Under the pieces are notes generated by a model that worked only from the letters and a program-made list of their open reading frames with translations, was not told where the DNA came from and ran no database searches. Shown piece after piece: positions 22,991-37,094 of a DNA stretch of 64,000 nt (its first letter is position 1; the number at the start of each line of letters is the position of its first letter). The translations under genes and the position numbers were made by a program. Source of the stretch: Felis catus (Eukaryota); the NCBI RefSeq assembly GCF_018350175.1, contig NC_058368.1:64606001-64670000 (forward strand), given 5' to 3'.

Positions 22991-25559
22991 TTAAATTACT
23001 TGATAAGTAGCAGTTATAATAATCTATCAAAACTTATAGACAGTGCAGTTTCTGTAGGGAAAAAACTGTACCCTTAGATCTGGAACCTCTTGTTCAGAAT
23101 TTTACAAGGTGAAGCAGTATCCTAGTAGTTTTCTTTGAACAGAACTAATATTAAGACATTGACTATTTTAGCAATGAAATTTAATAGCATATATGCATTT
23201 ATATACATCTCATATTTCCATGTATAATCAAAAGAGTAAGAAGTTTGTTAGCTGTTTTTGTAAAGTCAGATTAAACTTTCCTCTACCTCTTCTAATTTGT
23301 AGTGACACCAGTTTCTTCCACTGAGAGCCTATCAGGAGAGCAAAGAGAAGTCAAATGGTAGATTGGTTATTGTGGCTTGATCATTGATTTGGAGCTAAAA
23401 GCAGCTATTGAGGCAAATTTGTATTTGCTTTGGATTTCGTGACCACAGCCCCCAGGTAGACATCAGTGATGACCACTTCATTTTTAAATATAAGAGTTTG
23501 TGAGGTAAATACATGGTCCAGAAGCAGATATTGGGCAAAAACTATCTCAACACAAGAAATATAAGGATGAGTAATATTGAAAACCTTTTAAGTCCCTTCT
23601 TACTGCAAATAATGATCCATGCTGGGTTTCTAAGTGTACTGAAAAATAAAGGAAGGTTTAGTAGGACTTGCCAAGCAAGAGAAACAAGCTTATGCATTCA
23701 ATTTTGTGCTATCTTTAAATGAAAATGGTTATTAAGGCAGTTGTGACTGAAAGACCATTCCATTTGAAGATGCATTATTGTGATTAATTATGCACAGTCT
23801 CAACAACCTCCCATCTATTTTCTTCAAACATTTCATGGTGATGACTTCTGTTTGACCTATTGCTTGCTAATTGCTGGTGAGTTCTTTTTCTTCTTTAATC
23901 GCTAGTATCTTTTCAATGGAAATTACACAGTGAAGGGATTTTGGTCGATCATAGTACTCTGAACTACAAACCGTGGATTAAAAAAAGGTCAGATTTTTAG
24001 TGAGTCAAGTGAGCATATGGATTACCTCTTGAAGATTGCATTTAATACAGGGAAGAAACTGGGAGTATCAAAATGAATCAGAAGTAGATAGATTCAAAAG
24101 TGTGTATGCATTTGATCATAGTCAGAATTGAAGATAAAAGCTAAAGATACTTTGGGTGACAGTAATAATTGTATGAAAAGAGGAAACTATAGTATAGATA
24201 CAAGGGCAGAAATTGAAGTGTCTCTCAATGTCTACCTGGTTGGAAATAAAACAGAGACTCCAACTGACATATTTAATTAAATCTCCAAACAGACTACTGT
24301 AAAACATAAGGTTGATATCTCACCAGAGAAGACATGGCTTTGATGTTTTCTCTTCTCCTTGTTCCCTCTTTGAGTCTGGCCTCTTAGTTCCCAAATAGGG
24401 AGCATGGCAAGACAGCAGGGAGAACACTTCTGGCACTAGTTTCTCCTGCTGGGAATTTGCTCTGATCACAGTGTTGACAAACATATACTCCTCTCTACTG
24501 AAACTCTTCCTTATCTACCTCTTTCTGAGTCCCACGAAGAAATGTACAGTTGTTTCCAGTGCTAATTGTTGAATGCCTCCTTACTACATGCATGTTCTGT
24601 CACTTACCATTGTCCTTTCCCAAATCTTTAACTTCTTGCTTCCCACTTTCCCCTCCATTATATAAACATCTCAACTATCTCTTACTTTAAATGTTACTGT
24701 AAAAAACACAGGAATGGTCGCTTGATTTCATGTTTTCCAGTTGGTATACAATAAACATATGTTTCTTCATTCAACGTTTTTTTGTGTGTATGTATATGGT
24801 CCAGGCAGTGTTCCAAGTCTGGGATTACAGAATTGTGGCACAACAAACGTGCAAATATGTAAGAAAATGATAGATGATTAAGGGTCAAAATGAAGATAAA
24901 AGAAAGATAAAAAACGTATGTCAGTGTTGACCTCAGGCCAATTTTAGACTTGGTAATCAGTGAAGACTCCCTCAAAAGGTACGGTACTCTGAGAGTTGAG
25001 TGCTAAGAAAATTGTTCTCTGTCATAATCTGGGGTCCGAGTGTTCTAGGCACTCAATAGCTCTAGAGCTGGTGTGAAGACCACAAAACAGGAATGTGATT
25101 TGATGTATCTGAAGAACAGAAAGAAATCCGGTGTGAGCGAAAGATGTGTGCATGGGGAAGATAAGAAAAGTCAGGTGAACAGAGGCAAGATCACATGGGA
25201 CCTTTTGTCCAGGGTAAGAAGTGTTGCTTTTATTTAAAGTATAAATAGTAAGACATAAGAGCGTGTTAGAGAGGGGCATCAAGGGATCTAATTAGGCCTG
25301 TTAGTCTTTTTGGATATTTGGGATATTTAGCTTTTGCATTTTGGATATTTGAAGATGGATGCTAGGAAGCAACTGAAATAATAAGACTAGTTAGGAGACC
25401 ACAGTTATTAGGATTCTAGAGATAGTATTAAAGTAAGGAGGTAATATAATAATTGCAGACATATTGGAGAGATTTAGTATGCATTTTGGATTTAGAATTG
25501 CTAAGACATCTCAATAAGTTGAGTATGAAACATGATAGCAATCTAGGAATTAAGTAACT

Positions 25560-26085
25560 TCTTAAAAATTGAGGTGTGGTTAATACACAATGTTATAGTA
25601 GTTTTAGGTGTACAACATGTTGATTATGTATATTACTCAGTGATCACCATTAATAAATGCAGTCACCCTCTTTCACACATCCCCCATATATCTCCTCTCT
25701 GAAGACTATTAGTTTGTTCTCTGTATTTAAGAGTCTGTCTTTTATGTTGGTTTCTTTGTCCATTTGTTGTTTTTAGATTCCACATATAACTTAAAACATA
25801 TGGTGTCTTTGACTCATTTCACTTAGCATATTACCTTCTAGGTCCATCCCTATTGTCAAAAAAGGCAAGATATCATCCTTTTTTATGGCCAAGTAATATT
25901 TCATCTCCTTTATCCATTCATCTATTGATGGACATTGAGATTGCATCCATATCTCAGCTATTAGAGGCAATGCTACAGTAAATATAAGAGTATGTATATC
26001 TTTTTGAATTACTGTTTTTGTTTTCTTTGGGTGAGTACCCAGTAATGGAATTACCATATAGTACAGTGTTTCTGTTTTTAATAAT
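25560..26085 (-). mobile_element. L1 3' end (L1MA or old carnivore type)
   Basis: ORF2 terminal peptide IPLLGTHPK...QCPSIDEWIK...YYLAIKKDDILPF (25791-26057) plus 3' UTR. Confidence 0.88.
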
Positions 26086-26391
26086 TATAATTCTTATGCT
26101 TTTGGTGTAAGTATGACTGGATGTATGACTATACCTGTGAATGAGATGCAAAAGTGTGGATAAGGAACAAACCAGATAAGAGGAATAAGGATAAGAGGAA
26201 CTTAACCAGAGATCTGTTTGGCTTTGTTACATTTAAAGTAATTAGGTATATAATTCTGGAGTTAAGTAAAAGGTCAGGGCTAGACTTATAAATTTAGAGT
26301 AAACATTTAAACATAAAGATCCCTAGAAAAGATGAAATTGTGTGAAAAGAAAATACTAGCAAAGAAAATAAGGAGACTTCAAAGTATGGCA

Positions 26392-26725
26392 TGCTATGTA
26401 CTTAATTTTGTATATACCACTTTCCCCAAATTCACATGTTGAAGACCTAACACGATACCATTTGAAAGTGGGGACTTCGGGAGGTAATAATTACATCATG
26501 AGAGCAGAGCCCTTGTGATAAAGTGAATGCCCTTACAAAGCCCTCTCTCTTTCTGCTTTCCCTCTCTCTGCCATATGAGGGACCTAGGAGGAGGGTTGTC
26601 ACCAGAACTACACCATATTGGTACCCTGATCTGGGACTTTTCAGATCCAGAATTATGAAAAATTAATACTTGCTGTTTAAGCCGCTCAGCCTATAGTTTT
26701 GTTACAGAGCTTGAGGACACTAAGG
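26392..26725 (+). mobile_element. MaLR solo LTR (MLT1A/B-like)
   Basis: Begins tgctatg; ccccaaattcacatgttgaagacctaac; ccctgatctgggactt...ccagaattatga; tgtttaagcc; ends ...actaag. Confidence 0.8.
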
Positions 26726-26876
26726 GCATTACCACATTTACAGGTCCATTGGAAGAGGAAAAACTAGAAAAGTGAGACAGGAGAATATGATATAGAAGTC
26801 AGTAGCAAAGTGTGATTCAAAGAGGGGGAAATATTCATGTGGGATGCTACAGAGAGGACTGTTAAAAATGGAGACA

Positions 26877-27065
26877 GGACACCGGGGTGGTTAAGTGTCC
26901 AACTCTCGATTTCAGCTCAGGTCACAATCTCACAGTTTTTTGAGATTGAGCCCCTCATTGGGCTCTCAGCTGACAGTGCAGAGCCTGCTTTGGATTCTCT
27001 TTCTGCCTCTCTCTCTCTCTCTCTCTCAAGATAAATGAATAAAAATTAAATAAACATTTAAAAAA
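26877..27065 (+). mobile_element. SINEC (small 5' internal deletion)
   Basis: gggtggttaagtgtccaactctcgatttcagctcaggtcac... through tail. Confidence 0.9.
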
Positions 27066-27699
27066 TCCGTAAATAATATGAGGACCAAGGAATGACCACT
27101 GCATCTGGGAAAATGGAGGTCACTGGCAAGCCTGGAAAGAGCAGAATTATTTGAGTGGTAGGCAGGAGATCCCAGGTAGAGTGACAAAAAGAAAATGGGT
27201 GGTGGGGAAAGAGGTGGAGATAGAATATGATTCACAGCTGTTTTATCATTTTGCCTGGAGGAGAGGAAACAGCTCAGTTTATAAACTTGCTATCTCAATA
27301 CCATTAAATTCAACTGAACTTGTTGCAGTCACTTCCACCATAACACTAAAATGGCTCCTGCTAAGACCTTCAGGTCTTCAAGTACATTACTTCTATGAGA
27401 CTAAATTACTTGATTCTTCTCATTTGATTAATAAGTCCTAGTTTAGCTTCTTGAATGTGAAGAAAATTACTCATTTTGAGCCACAAATTGGGGGAAACAT
27501 GGGTAAAGAATATACTTCAATATGACCTAGCTGTGATATAAATCATTTTCCCTTTAAATTTAATGGAAATGGTTAATTGCTAGAAGGTGATATCTACTGG
27601 TATTTCACTATCAAATCATTCAATGATAATTTTGAGTATAAAAATTAAATTATTATTGATTGCCACTCTAATTTGAAACTTAGAAAAAGGATTTTGTCA

Positions 27700-27912
27700 G
27701 CGGCACCTGGATGGCTCATTCAATTAAGCATCCTACTTGAGCTCAGGTCGTGATCTCACTGTGGGTTAGAGCATCACATAGGGCTCTGTGCTGACAGCTC
27801 AGAGCCTGAAGCCTGCTTCAGATTCTGTGTCTCCCTCTCTGTCTGGCCCTTCCCTGTTCATGCTGTCTTTCTCTCTCAACAAACAAACAAACATTAAAAA
27901 AGAAGAAGAAGA
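27700..27912 (+). mobile_element. SINEC
   Basis: Head, CT tract and A/(GAA) tail. Confidence 0.92.
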
Positions 27913-28554
27913 AGAAAAAGAATTGAGTTAACTGAAATGTCCGTGTATTCCCAGACTGTTAACCAATAGAGAGTTAAACACTAAAGTGGCAACCAAAAAA
28001 GGAAGGCTCTATGATCTATAGTGCAATTTTGAGATTCTACAAAAACTGTAAAACATCACACATTTTAGTTCGGAGGGCTATACTAAATCTGCCACCATTC
28101 TTACTCATTCTTATTTCTTAATTTTTCTGGGAATTATTAGCATTTGGCCACATTTTTATAAACTTTGGAAGAGAGAATTTTGGCCAACCAGATCCTATTG
28201 ACTGATGTAAGTCATTGCCATTTGGAATAAAAATTGGCTTAGCTTACATAGCTACTTTATAAAGGAAACTTTGAGAGCCCTATACTGAGTCCATTTTTAT
28301 AATAGTCAATCCAGAATTTCAATTACAGGTTTCTTTTTTCACTGTGATATAAAATCCATTAATTACTAGCATCTCTGTCTCTAAATGATAACATAACTAT
28401 TGGAATTAAGTAAGCATTTTTGCCCCTTTCAAAATTTAAAGGATTTATTAAACACTATGTTTTTGATGAAGTGATTTAACAAAATACTACATTGACTTGC
28501 CACCTTCAGTAAATGCTTAATGTGTATGCTTAGGAAAAGAACTTTTAAAACTGT

Positions 28555-28773
28555 GGGGCATCTGGGTGGCTCAGTTGGTTAAGCATCCAACTTCGGCTCA
28601 GGTCGTGATCTCACAGTTTGTGGGTTTGAGCCCCACGTCGGGCTCTGTGCTGACAGCTCGGAGCCTGGAGCCTGCTGCAGATTCTGTGTCTCCCTCTCTC
28701 TCTCTCTCCCCCACCACCACTCACGCTCTGTCTCTCTCTCTCTCTCTCCTTCAAAAAGAAATAAAAACATTAA
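28555..28773 (+). mobile_element. SINEC
   Basis: ggggcatctgggtggctcagttggttaagc... through tail. Confidence 0.95.
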
Positions 28774-29351
28774 ATTTTTTTTTACATACATATTAAATTT
28801 AATTTAATAAGCTAATGTATGTGGTAGGTGTTCTTTAGTCAGACAGACTTGAAAGTCTGAGCTCTTTTTAATGATATTTCAAATATGTCATTAAAATAAG
28901 TCTTAATAGGGTACACATATTTAATAAAATTTTTATGAAATAGTTAGACTATTTTCTTGAAATATGTACTTGTTAGTAATTATGAAACTTATAACTTGTG
29001 CCTTTTGCATGATAGAAACTGAAAACCCGAAGAAGTAATTTTTGATTTAAGTGGTAGGTACTGAATTACTACTGTACTACTGTTAATTCTGCAAATTATT
29101 CTCTGCCAATTATATTTGCATGTTCTTGAAAAGAAATTTGAGATGAAATGACACTTGATTTTTAGAATACTTAATAAAATAATAAGGGTTAAAAATATTG
29201 GATTGTTAGTGGAAAATATGTGTGATGCAGATTGGGCTATTCAGCAGTTGAAATTTTACCTTTGAGTAATAGTTTAAAATTCTCAGTACAAGGAGTCTTA
29301 CTTGCATCAATAGTTTGCATGGAATCAGTATGGCAATTAGAATGGATCTTA

Positions 29352-29506
29352 GGGGCTAAATCAGCTAAGCGACTGACTTTGGCTCAGGTCTGATCTCACC
29401 ATTTGAGTTTGAGCCCCACATCAGGCTCTGTGCTGACAGCTCAGAGCCTGGAGCCCGCTTTGGATTCTGTGTCTTCCTCTCTATGACCCTCCCCACTCAC
29501 AATCTG

Positions 29507-29546
<40 letters not shown>

Positions 29547-29569
29547 AAACATTAAAAAAAATAAACAAA
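29352..29569 (+). mobile_element. SINEC with damaged A-box region
   Basis: TSD agaatggatctta at 29339-29351 and 29570-29582. Confidence 0.93.
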
Positions 29570-31999
29570 AGAATGGATCTTAAATTAGATCTACTAAAAG
29601 AGGCTTCACGTTAAGAGTAATCAAAGACTAAATTGCAGCAAATAATTACCTCAAACGTGAACATACACAGAAAACGAGATACTATGGCATAGTACTTAAG
29701 GTCTAATAATAAAATATTTTATAAACATCAAACTAACAAATGTAAGAATTTTAACAAAACCAACAACAAATCAAATAAGTTACAAAAATACATCAAAAAG
29801 AATAGTAACTGTCTCTAGGTGACTTCCTAGAGTACAGGAATATAACCAGCAGGCAAGTAACCTGCTGTTTCGCTGCTCTGCCCACTTCTGCTTCCAGAAT
29901 TCTGATTGCAGTTTTTAGCTGGATTCACCTTATTCATATATTCCTCCTAAATGGTATACACAAGAATTTTTTAACTCAGAATTTTATAAAGACAACAACA
30001 AACAAGATAATTTAAAAAAACATGTCCATACTGTGGGTAAGAACTGGATGCTCATATAAAGCATTGAAAAGTGATAGTATGTTACAAATAATGTGTAACA
30101 GCCTTCTAAAATTCATCTCTAGTCTCTAATCATTAAGGAACTAGAAGAACACTTAGAGAGGTAGGTGAATTATAATACAACACAGAATAAAATTTTAGAG
30201 GCTTTAACACAAGAAAGTGCTGTTGTTGTTGTTGTTTCACACTTGAGTGAGTCCAATTGAGGTCATGTGGAGTGAGGGCAGGATAGAAGGGAGGGCTCAG
30301 GTCTCTGCATTTTTTCAAGAACTCAACTAGTGACTCTTATACCCATTCTTTAACCTCAGCTCCCTGCATTTTCTGGGTGCAGCCAGGTGGCAGTACAAAA
30401 AAGCAGTACCAAAAAAAAAAAGGAGTACATATTTCCGTCCAATATTTTTGGGTAGAATTCATTCCTGGGGCCTTAGACAACAACATGGAAACCTGGAAAA
30501 TGTAGACCATCTGTGTACCCAGGAGGGAAAGGGTTTGATAGACCCAAGGCATTAACTCTGCTGTTGAAGATTAAGAGCTTGGACCAAATATGTGACTCAT
30601 GTTTTTTCTCTTGCTTGTTCAGGCACTAATGTCACGTCTCTTATGTATGAATAAAGGCTCTCCATCATTCTTTTTCAAAATCTCACACATTCACACACTC
30701 GTGTGTATTTCCTGTTAGTGTTTTATTTTAGACCCTTACTCTTTCCAATCAAGCTTGACAAACCATCCACCTAAGTGATGATCTTCCTCTGTATGTCTTC
30801 TAGGATCTCCACATAGAGTCCTGAGTGATCTTTTGAAAGGCACAGGTGATCCTGTCACTTCCAGCTGAAATCGTTGAATTGTTATCTTTTCCTATCCCAA
30901 AAGTCCAAACTTTGCGGAGATTATAAATACCTAAATAATCAGCGCATTCTGACAGAGTGCTGCCATTATGACCTCAGAAATTCTTTACTCTGGTTGTACC
31001 ATGCCCTAGATGTTGAAACTTGGCAGAATTTTCTGAAGCCAAAGCTTATATTCTTTACCTACTCTCACAAATGATAAATTCTTATGAAAGGCCCACAGTA
31101 TTACTTGGTTTCAACTTCAAAGAATCATACCTATTTGATAAAAAATTAACTTTAGGAATGATATTGTTAAAAGAAGTTTTAGGTATTTGAAGCTAATAGG
31201 TGCTCAGATACTGAATTAATCACTAGTTTTAAAATGCTCTATATTGGGTTATGGAATATAAGGTGTATTTATATATTTTAATATTTTTTTATATCTGTGC
31301 ATACATATATCAGAGACTATGATCTCTCTTATCAGATATTTCCAGAAACTAATACCTGCTGTGTGTGCTCTACCTTTCTGGAATTAAAGAACCATCTCCC
31401 AGTCTCCTCTGTTCCTTTTCCATTGCAGGATTCAATTGTCTGTCATCAACAAAGGCTGCCCATCTTCTAGTACTAACGTTCACTCCTAGTGACCACCACT
31501 CTGGTTTCATAGCAGGGAGGATACACTGATATTTTTTTATGTATTATGTTGCCCTAAGGACAGGTAGAGACATGTTTATCATTCCCACAGCCCAAATGGG
31601 ATCAGACTGACATTTTTCATTTGAATGTAATGAAATTTGGGACATCGGATAGTACAGTGACACTATATTACCTGTCAACTCTTCCACTTTCCCAGATCCA
31701 CTTTAGACATTTTTATGTGGCTGCTTCTTTCTCTCACTCTGGGACTGCCTTTAATTAAAGGCAGATGGCTCATCCTCTATACCCATTGACTCCAGTCTCA
31801 ATATAAAAACACATCCTTGACTTCCCAGGAGAAGAGAATGTTTCTATTGCCCAGTGTTCTCAGTCCTCACCTGATGTCTCAGAATTGACACAGTTCCCAA
31901 AATGATACTGCAAATGGCAATTTCTTTTGGAGGAAACTCCTATCCACAAGGCTGTGATTTAGCCTTTTGGCCTCAATAAGACATTCACACACATAACCC

Positions 32000-32230
32000 A
32001 TGCATTCATGTATGCATTCATTCATTTATTCAATCAGTATGTATTACACACCAGCTATGAACCAGGCAATGGCAATAATCTAAATGAAAAAAAAAAAACT
32101 ACAAATCTCTACTTTTATTGAACTTATTTTCTATGGATAGGCAATGACATTAAATAAAAATATTTGATGTGACACATCTAGGTATTGACAAGAGGGAATA
32201 TGATGCAAGATAAGTGGTCCATGATTAATG
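32000..32230 (-). mobile_element. LINE-2 3' end remnant
   Basis: cattcattcatttattcaa...ctatgaaccaggca. Confidence 0.6.
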
Positions 32231-32296
32231 GAACAGAGTCACTAGTGTCAAAGAGTATAACAATACCTAAATTTAGGTTACTAAGTCCCAAAGGAA

Positions 32297-32335
<39 letters not shown>

Positions 32336-33669
32336 CTGCATGTGGGGACTCCAAATAGAATTTTCTCAGTCTTGCTCCAATTCCGTTCATCATCTCTCAG
32401 AGGATCCAAAAAACAAACAAACAAACAAACAAAAGAAAACAAACTAGTGGTCTAATCTCTCCCTTCTTCATTTTCTGTTCTCTGAATCTGGATTCCCCAG
32501 GGATTTGTTTTATAATTATGGAAATGACACACCTGTATGAAGACTCAAGGTTACTTTCACTTGGGGGTTCGGACCTAGTCACTGGTCCTTAATCACTGAT
32601 TATTACATTTTAAGACTCCTTATTTAATATTCTTGTTTCACTTTCCTTTGCATCCCTGTAAACCATTTTAAATCTAAAATACCACATCCTTTATATGTGA
32701 AAGAACATATAGCAAAGTTATAAATTCTCAGAACATTATGGGGCTTAGGTAGATACCAAGATTCAAGTTAGCTAAGCTGATACTTTCCTCTTTAGAACTA
32801 AGTTATTCTGGGAAGTATTAGCATAACCCTTTCTACATGACATTCAAATTTTATGACAAATTTGGAAGTAATTATTACTAATTTATCAAAAAAAGATACC
32901 TTCTTCACTATAAATGAAATTTTGTGTTTGTCCACTCTTTGTTAATATTTATTGTATCCTAAGAATTTATCTTAAATTTCACTGCAAAATCCATAGGGAA
33001 GGAAAAATGATTTTAATATACATAATTTTGCTTTAAAGATAACTTTTTATAAAATACGGATTATATATAAAATTTAAATTTGACTGTCACCTCTTACCAT
33101 ATGCTCTAAGAACATAGGCATTTGTTTAATAACATTGTGTTAATACCGTAAGTTCATTTGTTTGACATAAAATAGGTAGTGATGTTATCTTGATATGTTA
33201 TCAAATGTCCTTGCAATACTTTGCTTTTTCCCATATCTTCTCATTCTGTCTTCATTATAATTTCCATCAAAACATATTCTTTACACTAATTGAGTTACTT
33301 ATTATGAAAAAATTTACTTACACTGTTATGTTTCAACAGGGAAAGAAGGAAGCTAGCATGTTATGATGAAACCAGTCATTATCAATGGCTTTGAGTATTA
33401 CTATAAACATTTGTTAGATAAGAAAAGTATCTCAGTAGTAATTTTAAACAGCTGTGCTCTCATTTCTTAGTCTTGTTTTAATGTATGCTTAGTAGAAACA
33501 CCAATTCCAGAGGCTTAACTATGGGAGATATTTATTTCAAAAGATATCATCGGTAGACTTTCATCAGAAAGAGAAATACATTCTGATGTTGAAGTCCTTG
33601 CCTAATAAGAGTTAAAAGACCAGATAGGGCAAAGTAGAAATAATGGACAACTAGGATAGGGAAGAATCT

Positions 33670-33822
33670 GTTCTTTTTTCTCCTTCCTTCTTCCTCCATC
33701 TTCTTCTTCTTTTCCTTCTTACACCTCTTCCTTCTCCCTTCCTTCTTTCGTCCTTCCTTCTTCCCCTCCTCCTTTACCTCCTTCTCCATTCCTCTCCTCC
33801 TCTACCCACCCCACATCTTTTT
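33670..33822. repeat. Low-complexity polypyrimidine tract (CTT/CCT-rich)
   Basis: Seen directly in sequence. Confidence 0.9.
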
Positions 33823-35452
33823 CATGGTGTATGGAGAATATCTAAGATTGAAGTTGCTTTTCTTACCAATAAAACCTTTATATGCAAATTAGATTTGCAA
33901 TGGCAAAACCATGATTGTTATTTTTCTCTGTAATCTTACTTCCCTGGTACTACTTGGGTGTTGACACTAAGTGATGAGTGTGGCTTTCCTTGGAATGTAG
34001 TTTTGTCCTATGTCATTTTCCTTTCTCATGGCTGGAATAACAGAGACCAGAAAACAGCAACAAAAAAGTTGGGCAAGGTAGAGTGGTTGGTGACATGTGA
34101 GCACTTGTTTGATGTGCATTCTGCCTCGTAACGACATCTACTAAGGTTGCTTTTTTCACGTATAGCATCTATGTATGTTTCATAACATTCTTCACTGAGA
34201 GATGGAATCATTACAAAATTGTATTGGATAGAAAATGGGAAGTTAGTAAGGTGAGAGAATTCTGGACCCTCTCTACCACAAAACTGAATTAAATTAACTT
34301 TTAAAGAGCACTTAATATATGGAAAATATAAGAATAGAATGTATTCCCTATACTCAGAAGTTACAAGTAGTAGAGGAAACCAAATATGAATTAGATGTAA
34401 AACAGTGTATAATGACATTTCAAAATGAGTTGTGCATTTTGGATGTGAAATAATAAACAGTACAAAACAGAACATAATCCAAGGTACAAATATACGGTAT
34501 AATAAATAACTGTTAAAGGATGATAGGACAGGGAAATATATCCATGTCCAGAGATTTAAGGACATACTCTATGTTAGTTTTTCAACTGACTATCCAAAGC
34601 TACCTATGCTTCCAGTCATGTTCTCAATCTGTGATTAAATCCTTCTGTTCTGTGCTAGAATCTAAGGCTACAAAGTCAGATAAGATATTGGTAGAGTTCT
34701 AGTCGAAATTGCAAAGATTAGAAACCTATTTACATTAAAGTAGTTTCAAAGGGTTGCTATTGAATACTTCTGGGAAACAGCATGAACTCCTATGGCCAGG
34801 AATATAGATGGGCCTCATAGAGTGCCAAGGGGGGAAACGGGAAGATAATAAAAACTAGTGGCTACTCTCCTCATCATTCCTACTTGGATCGTTTGTTTTT
34901 CATGTCTGCATTTCTTTTTCCTAACCAATCAATCTTGTCAATTCATCCATGCCCTCTTTGCCAACAGCTTATCTCCTCACACTGCTTTGGTTTGCCATGA
35001 TACGGTTTCAGGACTGCCTTTTCATACGTCTTTTCAAGTGCCTACTCATAACTGACTCTGGTTTCTAAGTTTTCTAGATGATATTTTAAAGAGAAGAAAT
35101 TGAATTTTTATTCACTGGAAAATGGATTGCCTGGATTGGAGTGAGGAGTTCACTTCTCCAGCCAGGCGAACTTGGGTGGGGAGGGTCACATGGGACGTAT
35201 TGCTGTAGAGAGAGCAGGTTCTGCAGAAAAGCGTGCAGGAAAAGAAAGAAAGTAATCCTGTGTCTGTCTTCAAGTTGCTTACAGGTGTGGAAGGAGAAAT
35301 TCAGAGAGATGAAATCAGTTTGTCAGGTACACTGAGCTTACTAGCATGTACTGTGCTGGGTGATTTTAGGAAGTATGAGCACTCAGAGCAGAAGAAAATT
35401 GTAGTCAAACCATCGTTTCTCCCTGTATATCCTGTATAAATCATACATATGT

Positions 35453-35483
35453 ACACACATACACACACACACACACACACACA
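35453..35483. repeat. (CA)n microsatellite
   Basis: Seen directly in sequence. Confidence 0.95.
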
Positions 35484-35884
35484 TCAGTGCTCTATTCTCC
35501 TACAGAACAGCAACAAAAGGGCTTGAGGCAAAGTGGGAGTGAACACATGAAGACAAATGGCAGTTTCTTCTGATAACATGATCATAAAAAACAAAGAGCT
35601 TTGTCCTTTACAGCTTTCACACTTAAATGCCACATATCCTGCCACTTGTGTATTAGAGGTAGAACCGATGACCAAAAGTATGAGGGTATATAGCAAGTGT
35701 GAGTACAGTAGAAAGACTCATCTCACTAGGGTGGAGGAATGATAATCATGGTGATTTTAAACAAAATATGTATTAAGGGGAAAGAGGCAAGAAAATTTGC
35801 AAAAATATGGTAAGGAGCTGATATATTTCCTGGGAAATCCCCAGAATGTTTTTTTATGGATATTAGCTCACCAGGATATTTTTT

Positions 35885-36194
35885 TTTTGTCTTCTTTAAA
35901 AATTTTAATTCCAGTGTAGTTGACATGCAGTATTACATTGGTTTCAAATGTACAGTACAGTGATTCAATACTTCCATACATCACCCTGTGCTCATCCAAG
36001 TGTTCCCCTTAATCCCCATGACCCGATTTCACCAGTCCCCCCAGCCCCTCCTTTCTGGTAACCAACAGTTTGTTCTTTATAGTTGAAAGGCTGTTTTTTG
36101 TTCTTGCTTTTTCATTTGCTCTTTTGTTTCTTAAATGCTACATATGAAAGAAATATGGTATTTGTCTTTTTCTGACTTCTTTCTCTTAACATTA
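35885..36194 (-). mobile_element. 5'-truncated carnivore L1 3' UTR
   Basis: Reverse complement of the 3' end seen at 50100-50440; TSD tcac(c/t)aggatattttt at ~35868 and ~36195. Confidence 0.88.
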
Positions 36195-36330
36195 TCACTA
36201 GGATATTTTTTTTATTTTTATTTTTTGCTTTGTAATCAGTATATGAAGGAGACATACATTTCAAGAAATGCTTAATTCTGATATCCAGATTTAAGCTTGT
36301 GAACATGACTTTTAAATATACAATTAAAGC

Positions 36331-36553
36331 GGGGCGCCTGGGTGGCGCAGTCGGTTAAGCGTCCGGCTTCAGCCAGGTCACGATCTCACGGTCCGTGAGT
36401 TCGAGCCCCGCGTCAGGCTCTGGGCTGATGGCTCAGAGCCTGGAGCCTGTTTCCGATTCTGTGTCTCCCTCTCTCTCTGCCCCTCCCCCGTTCATGCTCT
36501 GTCTCTCTCTGTCCCAAAAATAAATAAAAAACGTTGAAAAAAAAAATATATAT
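36331..36553 (+). mobile_element. Young felid SINE (SINEC_Fc type)
   Basis: CpGs retained; perfect TSD atatacaattaaagc at 36316-36330 and 36554-36568. Confidence 0.98.
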
Positions 36554-36850
36554 ATATACAATTAAAGCTATTCATCATAATTTGCTATACTACCAACATT
36601 AAATTACAGTTACTTCGGAGCATAAGTTAAATGGTTTAAAGTAAGCCTCACTAGGATATTTATAATTATTATATAGAAAAGAGACTAACATTAAGTGCAT
36701 TTGAGTATCTTTGTGCCAAATGAAGTTCAGTAAGTTGACTTACTATGCATGATCTCTGAGTCTTTTATACACTAGTGTTTATTATTATTCTTTAAGCAAG
36801 ATAGTACAATATAGTGTTTTTATTAGTTTTAATTTTGTGAGATGGCATTA

Positions 36851-36995
36851 TTTTTTTTTAAGTTTATTTATTTACTTAGAGCTCCATGCTAGGCATGGAG
36901 CCTGATGTATGGCTTGATCCCTTTAACTGTGAGATCACAACCTGAGCTGAAATCAAGAGTCAGATGCTGAACTGACTGAGACACCCAGGTGCCCC
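36851..36995 (-). mobile_element. SINEC lacking the CT tract
   Basis: Head and tail present, central portion missing. Confidence 0.88.
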
Positions 36996-37052
36996 CAGTA
37001 TAACATTTTTATTTCCTTTGATCGTAGTACCAAACTTTTTATGTCAGATACA

Positions 37053-37094
37053 TTTCCAATGACAAGTTTCCAACGAGAAGTTTCCAATGAGAAG
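37053..37094. repeat. 3 x 14-bp tandem repeat
   Basis: tttccaatgacaag / tttccaacgagaag / tttccaatgagaag. Confidence 0.9.

Larger units (their letters stand above)
24763..27260 (-). mobile_element. LINE-2 remnant interrupted by an L1 3' end, a MaLR LTR and a SINE
   Basis: Reverse-complement L2 tail (ttcattcaac; ccaggcagtgttccaag) and internal L2 motifs (aggtcagggctagacttataaattt; ggaggtcactggcaagcctggaaagagcag). Confidence 0.65.

Noticed and set aside
33882..33900. Near-palindromic double octamer ATGCAAAT-tag-ATTTGCAA and other ATGCAAAT hits
   Set aside because: An AT-rich 8-mer is expected several times by chance in 64 kb of this composition, and there is no supporting context.
34026..34565. 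179-aa minus-strand ORF, the longest non-L1 ORF
   Set aside because: F/I/L/Y-rich composition typical of T-rich non-coding DNA; no domain or splice support.
37053..37094. Short direct repeats (also 59351-59412, 22751-22797 and 19700-19740) as CRISPR-like or functional arrays
   Set aside because: Only 2-3 adjacent copies, no unique spacers, mammalian context, mostly inside old repeats; ordinary slippage duplications.
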